From Candidatus Marinacidobacterium sp. (lineage in GTDB: Bacteria; Acidobacteriota; Vicinamibacteria; Marinacidobacterales; Marinacidobacteraceae), in assembly GCA_965202845.1 (NCBI GenBank), contig OZ241856.1:1155886-1219885 (forward strand): a stretch of 64,000 nucleotides of DNA. The letters run 5' to 3'. This document shows positions 40,330 through 48,615 of this stretch, in pieces. The first letter of the stretch is position 1, and every line of letters starts with the position of its first letter. The notes beneath the pieces were generated by a model. The model had not been told where the DNA came from. It did no database searches and saw only the letters and a list, made by a program, of their open reading frames with translations. Position numbers and translations under genes: made by a program.

Positions 40330-42062
40330 ATGCACGCCCAACCGATAGAATTCCTGAAGCTGCTGAAAGGCGAGCTTCAGTACGTTGTGCCGCGCTGGCA
40401 GCGTCGCTATTGCTGGCGGCATACGGAAATCGAACGGCTGGTCGAGGACCTGCTGGCGATTGCTGACGCAGGTCCGGAAGCCGTACACTACGCAGGCAAT
40501 CTCCTGACGTTCGAGGAAACGGGCGCCGCCGGTGTGCTCAGCACGATCCGCGTCGTCGATGGCCAGCAGCGGCTCACCACGGTAAGCATTCTGATCGAAT
40601 GTATCGCTCAAAAACTCGGTGAGAATGGGCAATGTGGCGATTGGACTCCGAGGATTCTTCGCAATCGTCTTGTCAACCCTGATTGGGAGGATTACAAACG
40701 CATCAAGATTCGACTCCAGGACGGCGATGATGCGGAATACCGTAGCGGCATGGAAGGAAGAAATCCTTCCGGAACCGGAGCCGTCGTCCAAGCATGGAAG
40801 AAAGTGCGAAGCATGGTGGAGCGTACTGACACAACCCGCCTGCTACGGGGACTCGAGCGGCTCCGGGTAGTCAGCATCGGCCTTGACCACACCGACGATC
40901 CGCAGCAGGTTTTCGAGAGTCTGAACGCCACCGGACGCCCGCTCACCGAGAGTGAAAAGGTCAAGAACTGGCTGTTGATGGGTCTCCCGGAGGAGAAGCA
41001 ACAGCAGCTCCACGATGGTCATTGGCGCACAATCGTAGAGGCGCTTGGCGCCGAACACACGACCGAACCCATAGACCATTTTCTCCGGGATGTGATGCGC
41101 TGGCGGACTGGAGAAATGCGCGGCGGCGACAAGACCTACGAACAGCTTCGGCGCTGGGCGCTGAAAGAGAAGCAAGAAGATCGTCCGGCGCTTCTGGCCG
41201 ATTTGGCCCGACTCGCCAAACTCTATGGAATTCTGACCGGGCCACAAAAACACTCCCAAAAGAAAGTGGAAAGGGAAATCCGGCATCTTCGGTATCTCGG
41301 CCTGAATGTCCACCGTCCGTTGAGCTTGCGAATCCTTCACGATGCGAAAACAAATGCATCGGGGATATCCAGCCAGGAATTAGCGAAAATCTTCGCGGGA
41401 ATCGGAACCTGGATCACGCGCCTCTGGCTGGCGGACCGACCGACGACGGGCATGAACAAGGCTGCCGCCGAGCTCGCGCACAGCGAAGGACTGGGCGTCG
41501 GAGAGGACCCCGTGGAGCACTGGTTGCATCGAATCCGCCGACTCCGCAATCAGCATACCGGCGTTCCGAACGACGAAGAGGTTCGGGAAGGCGTTCGCAC
41601 GCGGAACGCCTACGGAGGCGGCGCCAACAGGCCCGCCTTCGCTGTTCTGTGCGCATTGATGGACGCGCAAAACCTGGGTGACGAAATGCTGGATCGCGAT
41701 CCACTCCAGATTGAACACGTGATGCCGCAGAAGTTGACGGAAACATGGAGGCATGATCTCGGTGAAAATGCGGATGAAGTCCATGCGCAACTTCGCAACC
41801 GGCTCGCGAATCTGACTCTGATCGGAGAAGGCGAAAATCCCGGCTTGGGAGCAAGACCGTTTTCGGACAAAAAGAAGGTTTACAAAGAGAGTTCCATCAA
41901 GATGACGCAGCAGCTCGCAAATGAAGAAAAATGGGACGAAGCGACAATCTTGCGACGCGCGGATTCTCTAGCCGACCAGGCGCTTGCGCTGTGGCCCTGG
42001 ACCGACCAACGAACTCCGCCCGCCGAGAAGCAGGACGCTTCCGGATTCCGATGGAAAATTGA
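40330..42062 (+). pseudogene. GmrSD-like type IV restriction endonuclease (DUF262 + DUF1524), 5' portion, interrupted at 42062/42063 by an ISL3 insertion
   Basis: DUF262 motif ...VVDGQQRLTTVSILIE. DUF1524/HNH-like motif ...PLQIEHVMPQKL...W...H...NLTLIGEGEN...FSDKKKVY. GC is lower than the flanks. The ORF then reads without a stop into IS antisense sequence. Confidence 0.7.
42055..42062. repeat. target-site duplication AAAATTGA (left copy)
   Basis: Identical 8-mer immediately flanks both IS ends. Confidence 0.8.
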
Positions 42063-43530
42063 GGCTCTTTCAAATACCGAGTGGGTACGCGACATGAGGG
42101 TTGAGCTTGGAGAAGTCCAGTTTTCCGGCGATGAGGAAGAACACGGTGCGGATGGTCTGGAAGGTTCCGTAGCCTCTGGCTTTCCGCTTGGCCGCCTGAA
42201 ACAGGCCGTTGAGCGCCTCGATGAAGCCGTTGGTCTGGCGGGTTCGGGCCCACGCGACGATGCCCTCGAGATGTTTGCGGATCATCCGCGCGACGGCTTT
42301 CATGGGTTCGACCTTGGAGCGGTTCACGTTGGCGCACCACTGCCGGAGCATGGCTCTGACGACGTTGACCTGCTTGCGGTTGAGGATGTTCCGGAGTTGC
42401 TCGCGGTACATCCAGGCTCGGGCGGTGCGCTTTCCGGGGGCCTGCGCGATGAGAGCGTTGAGTTGGGCGCGCTGTTCGGGGCCGAGTCGTTCGGGATTTT
42501 TGAGGAGCGCCCAGCGCATGCCCTTGAGTTGGGGGTTGGCGCGCTGCTCGATGCGCCGGGTCTGGTCGAGGGCCTTGGATGCGTGAGCGATGACGTGGAA
42601 TTTGTCGAAGGTGATCTGGGCGTTGGGGAGATGCTCTGCGACGCCCTTCATGTAGGCGGGGGACATGTCGATGGAGGCGACTTCGACGGCTTCGGGGTCT
42701 CCGCCGTGGGCTTCGAGGCTTCGGGCGAATCGGTCGACGGAGTCGGCGGCGCGGCCTTCTCCGACGAAGATGACCCGGCGTTTTCGGGCGTCTGCGACGA
42801 CGGTGACGTAGTTGTGGCCGCGCGCGCGGGAGGTTTCGTCGATGGCGACGGCGCGGACGTCGGCTTGGTCGTCGGTTTCGGTGGCGAGTTCCACATAGCG
42901 GTTGGAGATGGCCTGGGTTTGGTGCTGGGAGAGTCCGGCGAGCCGTGCGACGGCGGCGAAGGTCATGTCCTGGCACATGGCGAGAATCAAGGCTTCGAAG
43001 AGGAGGGAGAACCCGGAGAGCTTGCCGGCCCAGGGCGGCGAGACCAGCGCGACCTTGCCGTTGGGGAGGCGCACCCGGGGGACGCGCGCCACCAGTTCGC
43101 ACTCGAATTGGAAGAAGTTGAGGTGGCGGAAGCGCTTGGTCTTGGTGTCGTGGACCGGATGGAGGCCGTCGTGGTTCTGGTGGGCGAAGCGGGCGCCCCT
43201 GCGGAAATCGACGCGGATGCTCAGCTTTCCTTGGTCCTTGTCGAATTCCACGTTCTCGACGAACCAGGGGTCCGGGATGCCGAGGGCTTGGGCGAAAAGC
43301 TCGTGTAGCACTGGATGCGCTCCTTTTTTTCAGGGTCGAAAGCGGGAAAAGTGTTCCATTGGTGTGTGGCGACGCTGGCTGGGGACGGTTGCGGCTTCCC
43401 GCTTTCGACCCTTTTTCGAGCGTGCCCGCCGGATTCCGTGAGTCAAGGGTTCGCTACGCCGTGCAAGCCCGCCCTTGACACCCGGAATCCCGGCGGTCTC
43501 CATTCTACCCACTCAAATCTCAATTGAGGC
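42063..43530 (-). mobile_element. ISL3-family insertion sequence (about 1.47 kb)
   Basis: Left terminal inverted repeat GGCTCTTTCAAATACCGAGTGGGTA. Right terminal inverted repeat ...CTACCCACTCAAATCTCAATTGAGGC (imperfect; they share the GAGTGGGTAG core). Single transposase ORF. 8-bp TSD. Confidence 0.8.
42070..43311 (-). CDS. ISL3 family transposase
   Basis: 413 aa with typical ISL3 transposase sequence (...ASIDMSPAYMKGV...DKFHV...). DDE-type. Confidence 0.9.
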   Translation of the reverse strand: MLHELFAQALGIPDPWFVENVEFDKDQGKLSIRVDFRRGARFAHQNHDGLHPVHDTKTKRFRHLNFFQFECELVARVPRVRLPNGKVALVSPPWAGKLSGFSLLFEALILAMCQDMTFAAVARLAGLSQHQTQAISNRYVELATETDDQADVRAVAIDETSRARGHNYVTVVADARKRRVIFVGEGRAADSVDRFARSLEAHGGDPEAVEVASIDMSPAYMKGVAEHLPNAQITFDKFHVIAHASKALDQTRRIEQRANPQLKGMRWALLKNPERLGPEQRAQLNALIAQAPGKRTARAWMYREQLRNILNRKQVNVVRAMLRQWCANVNRSKVEPMKAVARMIRKHLEGIVAWARTRQTNGFIEALNGLFQAAKRKARGYGTFQTIRTVFFLIAGKLDFSKLNPHVAYPLGI

Positions 43531-43538
43531 AAAATTGA
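43531..43538. repeat. target-site duplication AAAATTGA (right copy)
   Basis: Matches 42055-42062 exactly. Confidence 0.8.
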
Positions 43539-44289
43539 AGACGGTCCATGGAATTCCGAAAAAGAAGGAAGCAAGATGGTTCTCAATGTGACCGGTGCGC
43601 TCCTGGATCTGAATTCTGAAAATTTCAAGCATTTGCGCGGCGATGCGATCAGCGCCAACATTCACCCAACAAGCACCTATTCTTCTGGAAGCACAGTTCA
43701 GTCCCTGAAAATGTTCGCCGTCCCAAGACACACTGATTGGGTAATGTATCCGTACGAAAGAAACTATCCGGCCTATGCGAAACGATGCCACAGTCTGGGT
43801 GAACGATGCGGAATCAATCTCCAAGTCGAAATCATTTCGGACCGGGCCGAGATCACCGAAGCCTTCTGGAAACACCTCATGGAAGTTCATGGCGGCGTCC
43901 CCGGACAGCAGGCGCAATGGCGAGGCAGAAGCCAGAAGACGAAACCTTGCAATTCCCATGGAGACCGCGTTGGAATTGGACTCGGCGAAGACCATATTCT
44001 GATCTACATTCGTGGACGTTCGAAAAATCACGTGACACGAAAAAGAGTTTTCCGTTTTTCACAGATCATGCATGAGGAAATGACGGATCAGTCCATATTG
44101 GGAAATTTGGAAAAAGAGAGCGAAGCTGGCAGGAGTGTTTGGGTCCAGCACGACTGGACACGAGAAGACAGGGACGGTTGGGATGAGGCATGTCGGTGGA
44201 TTCTGGATCAATATGAAAGACTGTGGATGATCTCGCGACGCCCCGATCATGGAGATGGGGAAACGTCTGATCCGGATCGAGAGGTTTGA
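43539..44289 (+). pseudogene. 3' portion of the IS-disrupted GmrSD-like gene: a C-terminal domain of unknown function of about 250 aa
   Basis: After conceptual excision of the IS plus one TSD copy, frame +1 continues without a stop from 40330 to 44289 (828 aa). An internal AAGGAAG-N5-ATG at 43576 could allow separate expression. Confidence 0.5.
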
Positions 44290-44326
44290 AGTCCTTGATT
44301 CAAGGGGCATCAAGGCACCCGGGAAA

Positions 44327-44698
44327 CTACGTGGGGGGATTGCGATTCCCTATCGCGGTCACGAGCCGGGGAATGGCGGCGACTCCGATACCACCGGCGA
44401 GAATCCCCGCCACAGTCGTATGGCCAATCCAGGCGAGGAAAACAACAGCCACCAGGATGCCAAACCACACGACGACGCCCAGGCTGGTCTCGCGCATTTC
44501 GAGCCGGGAAGCGTGCGCCTCGATCTCATGTCTCGCCGCCTGTTCCGATTCGCCCGTTGCGAAAATCCGCTCGGCGGCGCCGGGGAGCATGCGTTCGTAA
44601 TGCTCGAAATGGGACGGCGGAGGAAGCGGCCCGCTGCGCATGGACAGTCGAGGCGGCGGGAGCCCCATCGATTCCTGAATCGCGCGTTCGTGTTCCAT
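44327..44698 (-). CDS. DUF2335-like small membrane protein
   Basis: N-terminal conserved-looking block PPPSHFEHYERMLPGAAERIFATGESEQAARHE, then two C-terminal TM helices. Lower GC. Confidence 0.45.
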   Translation of the reverse strand: MEHERAIQESMGLPPPRLSMRSGPLPPPSHFEHYERMLPGAAERIFATGESEQAARHEIEAHASRLEMRETSLGVVVWFGILVAVVFLAWIGHTTVAGILAGGIGVAAIPRLVTAIGNRNPPT

Positions 44699-44873
44699 CC
44701 CCTTCCAGAGATCCTGCCCGACGCGCTCCCAGTCCCCCCCTGAGGGCTTCCGTCGCCGAGATTCGCTTCCTCGGTTTCGTCAGGGGAACCATGAGCGGAT
44801 CCACCCGGAGCCTCGCCAGTCCCGCAAGAAGGGCCGCCCATCTCCCTCTCATGCCCACGAAACGTAAGGGATT

Positions 44874-47231
44874 TCAGAAGGTCCAGCGCCAGCCGGAGAG
44901 CAGCGCGGTCTGCGCGCCGAGCGCCCGGCGGTGGCCGTACCGGAAGCTCCGCACCGCGCCCAGCCGGAACTCCCCCCGCCCCAGCCGCCGGTTCCACTGC
45001 GCGGTCAGATCGATCTGCCGCGCTCCCGGCGCCAGGTCGGTCCGGAGCGGAAGGTGGTTCACCATCCCCTGCCGGGTGCGGGCTGACGGCACCAGGAGCG
45101 TCGCCTGGCCGCTCTCGACCCGCAGCGGCTGCGACACCGAGAATTCCAGCGAACTCTCGGCCAGCGCGGCGCCGATGTGCGCCGAGAACGCGCTGGTGCG
45201 AAGCGGCGCAATGTCCTGGATGATGCCGCCATGCGCTTCGGGACGCGCCATCCCGTATTCGCCGCTCCCCCCAATCCGCCAGCGGCCCAGCTGCGTCCCG
45301 CCGTCCACCCCGACGAAGCCGGTGGTGGCCGAGAGGCTGCCGAACGCCCCCAGCCCCATGCTGCCGAGCAGCGTCTCCCGCTCCTCGATCCAGCCGGCGC
45401 GAAAGCCGACCGGGAGGCTTCCCGGGCGCCAGCCAAAGGCGGCCCCGGACGCCGGCATCCCGGCGCGCCAGGTTCCGGTGGTGAATGCGGTCGCGGAGAG
45501 GCCGCTCCGCCCGAAGGCGCTGAACTGCACCGCGCCCTCGGCGAGCGCCAGGTGTCCGCTGCCGGTGGCGGTCGGCATCCGCAGGACGTCCGCCCGGAGT
45601 CCGGGCGCTTGTGGATTGTGGAACGCGGAGCCCGATTCGGTCCCCAGGAAGCTGCGGAGCCGGGCGCCCATCGAGGGGCCGTCGGTGGTGACCGCGAATC
45701 CGTCGAGGCGATGCCAGAAGGGAGCGCCCAGGCCGTCGAGGGACATGATTTCCTTGCCGTCGAGCGTCTCTCGGACGCCGTCGCCGAAGGCCGCTCCCAG
45801 CCGCAACCGGGTCGACTGGAGGGAGGCGGCGAACCCGGTGGTCTCGATGGGAACGCCGAGCACCCCGACCGGGGAGGTGGCGGCGCCCAGGTCCATCCGG
45901 CCGTTGCCGTAGACCTGCCGGTCGGCGTAGACGCCGGTGTTGTCGGCGGTGGCGAAGAGCCGGGAGACCAGCTCCTCGTTGGAAAGCGAGTCCCGGAAGA
46001 GCTGCTTCATCACCGCGAGTCCCCCGGCGACCATCGGAGCGGCGAAGGAGGTCCCGCCCGCTTTCCCGTAGTCCCGGACTCCGCTCTCCCCGTCCCGGGG
46101 GCCGAACCGCGCGACCTGGATTTCCTCGCCGGGAGCGGCGATGCAGAAATCGGCGGCGAGACCGCAGCGGTTCGAGAAGAAGGTGATCCGGCCTCCGTTC
46201 GGGCTCAGGGCGACCACCGCGATGGAGTGCCCCCGAAGCTCCTCGATGCGCGCCATCAGCCCGCTGAGGACATTGGGCGAGACCGCCTCGAGCTGGTCGT
46301 CCTCGCAATGCAGATCCCCCGTCGCGCAGCCGGCGTGGCTGTTGCCGGCAGCCCACACCAGGATCGTCTTGTCGGGCGCATTCGCCTGCGCCAGGGCCGC
46401 GATCGTCTTCGGGATGTGAGCGCGCAGGTCCTCCTCGCTGTATGCGTCGATCAGACCGTCAAAACCGAAGCTCAGGTTCAGGATGTCGATCCTCCGTCCC
46501 TTCGCGTCGCGCCAGGCGAGGGCCGGCGAAAAAAGCCCGGCCACATCCGAGTCCGCCTTGGCGAGTTCCTCCAGCGTGACCGGTCCATCCACTTCGTGGA
46601 CATCGCTGATCGGGGGGCTGGCCCAGACGGCGAGATCCGCGCCCCACGCGACTCCCAGCGGCGCCTTCGGGTCGTCGACGCGGCCGCCCGCCGCAACGCT
46701 CGCCACCGCAGTGCCGTGGGAAAGCTCTTCCCCGTTTTCGTCGACGGCCCCCTGCAGGAACGCTTCGTGGACCGTCTTGCCGGCGAAGATCGGATGCTCG
46801 ACATCGATGCCGGAATCGATCACCCCGATGGTGACCCCTTCGCCCGGCTTCGCGTCGGAACCCTCCAGCAGGTTCACGTGGGCGTAGGCGAGGTGGGCGT
46901 TGATGGATTCGAGACCCCACTGCGCCTTGAAATTCGCGTCCGCGGCGTAGTCCGGCGCCCGCTTCGTCGCCATCTCGTTGAACTCGGGGGCGGGGACGCA
47001 GCCGTTCGCGGGGGTCGGGATGCAGACGTCCTCCGGGGCGTCCGGGAGTCCGCGCGGCGGGGGAGGCGGCTCCGGGGGCGCTGGGGGTGGCGCCGGAGGG
47101 GGCGCTGGCGCCGGTGGCGTCGCCGGGGGAGCGGCGACCGGCGTCCCGGAACGCGAGGAGCAACCGCCCAGCGCCATCCCCAGCGTCACCACCGCAGCGA
47201 GCAGGGCAAGGACGGGAATATTCCGCGTCAT
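44874..47231 (-). CDS. S8 family serine peptidase (subtilase) with a C-terminal autotransporter beta-barrel; lipoprotein-type signal peptide
   Basis: Catalytic triad motifs VIDSGID, HGTAVASVAAGG and GTSFAAPMVAGG. Long poly-Pro/Ala linker after the lipobox (LGMALGGCSS). C-terminal domain of about 300 aa ending ...SGWRWTF, typical of an autotransporter beta-barrel. Confidence 0.8.
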   Translation of the reverse strand: MTRNIPVLALLAAVVTLGMALGGCSSRSGTPVAAPPATPPAPAPPPAPPPAPPEPPPPPRGLPDAPEDVCIPTPANGCVPAPEFNEMATKRAPDYAADANFKAQWGLESINAHLAYAHVNLLEGSDAKPGEGVTIGVIDSGIDVEHPIFAGKTVHEAFLQGAVDENGEELSHGTAVASVAAGGRVDDPKAPLGVAWGADLAVWASPPISDVHEVDGPVTLEELAKADSDVAGLFSPALAWRDAKGRRIDILNLSFGFDGLIDAYSEEDLRAHIPKTIAALAQANAPDKTILVWAAGNSHAGCATGDLHCEDDQLEAVSPNVLSGLMARIEELRGHSIAVVALSPNGGRITFFSNRCGLAADFCIAAPGEEIQVARFGPRDGESGVRDYGKAGGTSFAAPMVAGGLAVMKQLFRDSLSNEELVSRLFATADNTGVYADRQVYGNGRMDLGAATSPVGVLGVPIETTGFAASLQSTRLRLGAAFGDGVRETLDGKEIMSLDGLGAPFWHRLDGFAVTTDGPSMGARLRSFLGTESGSAFHNPQAPGLRADVLRMPTATGSGHLALAEGAVQFSAFGRSGLSATAFTTGTWRAGMPASGAAFGWRPGSLPVGFRAGWIEERETLLGSMGLGAFGSLSATTGFVGVDGGTQLGRWRIGGSGEYGMARPEAHGGIIQDIAPLRTSAFSAHIGAALAESSLEFSVSQPLRVESGQATLLVPSARTRQGMVNHLPLRTDLAPGARQIDLTAQWNRRLGRGEFRLGAVRSFRYGHRRALGAQTALLSGWRWTF

Positions 47232-47381
47232 GGCGCCTGGAGCATAGCTTCGCAGCGCGGACGCAACCTTTCCGGCGCCTGGATTCCCGATCCACCGGAT
47301 TCCAATTCCCAATGATCATGCCGTTGACTTCCAATTGCCAGGGCGCAAACTTCCAATTATCATGTCTCTGGATTCCATCTC
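47232..47381. promoter_or_regulatory. divergent intergenic region with clustered short direct repeats (TTCCAATT x3, GGATTCC x3, CCAAT[G/T]ATCATG x2)
   Basis: Direct reading. AT-richer than the surroundings. Lies between the subtilase and the ATPase genes. Confidence 0.3.
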
Positions 47382-48608
47382 ATGTACAAACGATTCGCGG
47401 AGCGGCTGATGCGGGAAGCTCTTGCCGACACCCCGGTTGTTCTGATCGTCGGGCCGCGCCGGGCGGGCAAGACCACGCTGGTCCGGAAGATGGAGGAGGC
47501 GGATCGACGCTTTCTCACCTTCGACGACCCGATCGTCCTCGACGCCGCCCGAACCGACCCGGTCGGGTTTGTTCGCGGATTGGACCGGGTGATCCTCGAT
47601 GAGGTCCAGCGCGTGCCGGAACTGCTGCTGGCGATCAAGCGTTCGGTGGACGAGGACTACCGACCGGGGCGTTTCCTGCTGACCGGGTCCGCCAACGTCA
47701 TGACCCTCCCCCGCGTCGCCGACAGCCTCGCGGGCCGGATCGAAACCCTGCGGATGCTGCCGCTGGCGCGCGCCGAAATCGAGGGCGTGACGCCGACCTT
47801 CCTCGATCGTCTCTTCGCCGGAGAAAGAGAACTTGAAGGCAGTCAAGATGCGATCGTGGGGGATGAATTGGTCCGGCTGACCCTGACCGGGGGCTTTCCC
47901 GAAGCGGTCGCCCGCGAGACCGAGCGGCGCCGGCAGGCATGGGCGCGGTCCTGGCTGGCGTCGGCGCTCAGCCGGGATCTGCGGGAGATCACCGAAATCG
48001 GGAGACAAGCCGAGTTGCCGAAGTTCGTCCGCATGCTGGCGGAGCACTCGGGACAACTGGTCAACTATTCGCAGCTCGGCGCGCGAATCGGCGTCAGCCA
48101 CAAGACCGGACAGCGCTATCTCGCACTGCTGGAGCAGGTCTTCCTGGTCACGACTTTGCCGTCTTGGCACACCAATGCGTTGAAGCGGCTTGTCAAAACG
48201 CCCAAGCTGCACTTCCTTGACTCGGGGCTCCTCGCCGCGGCGCGCGGCATGACCCTCGCCCGGGTCCGGGCCCGGCGTGACGCCTTCGGTCCGCTGCTCG
48301 AGAGTTTCGTGTTTTCGGAAATCTTGAAACTCATCGCGGCGTCGGACATGCAAGTGACGCCCTGGCACTTCCGGGATCAGCAGATGCGCGAAGTGGACAT
48401 CGTCCTGGAGCGGGATGACGGCAGGATCGCGGGGATCGAAATCAAGGCGAACGCGACCGTGCGATCCCGCGACTTCGCCGGGCTGCGCACCCTGGCCGAA
48501 GCCTGCGGGGAGCGTTTCGCCTTCGGAGTGGTTCTCCATGACGGCGACGGGCTGACGCCGTTCGCCGACCGGCTGGCGGCGGCGCCCCTGTCGGGCCTCT
48601 GGGCTTGA
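47382..48608 (+). CDS. AAA+ ATPase (AAA_14 domain) with a C-terminal DUF4143 domain
   Basis: Walker A VLIVGPRRAGKTTL. Walker B ...VILDEVQ. DUF4143-like C-terminal region. Confidence 0.75.
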   Translation: MYKRFAERLMREALADTPVVLIVGPRRAGKTTLVRKMEEADRRFLTFDDPIVLDAARTDPVGFVRGLDRVILDEVQRVPELLLAIKRSVDEDYRPGRFLLTGSANVMTLPRVADSLAGRIETLRMLPLARAEIEGVTPTFLDRLFAGERELEGSQDAIVGDELVRLTLTGGFPEAVARETERRRQAWARSWLASALSRDLREITEIGRQAELPKFVRMLAEHSGQLVNYSQLGARIGVSHKTGQRYLALLEQVFLVTTLPSWHTNALKRLVKTPKLHFLDSGLLAAARGMTLARVRARRDAFGPLLESFVFSEILKLIAASDMQVTPWHFRDQQMREVDIVLERDDGRIAGIEIKANATVRSRDFAGLRTLAEACGERFAFGVVLHDGDGLTPFADRLAAAPLSGLWA

Positions 48609-48615
48609 GGCGCGC

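Noticed and set aside
39790-43308. 1172-aa plus-strand ORF spanning the 3' end of the M3 peptidase, the GmrSD gene and the whole IS element
   Set aside because: Its first part is an alternative frame of the peptidase and its last 1.2 kb is the antisense of the ISL3 transposase. Only 40330-42062 is genuine GmrSD coding sequence.
46459-47334. 291-aa minus-strand ORF overlapping the 5' part of the subtilase gene in another frame
   Set aside because: It is an alternative frame of a gene with clear S8 motifs and has a low-complexity Arg/Gly/Pro translation.
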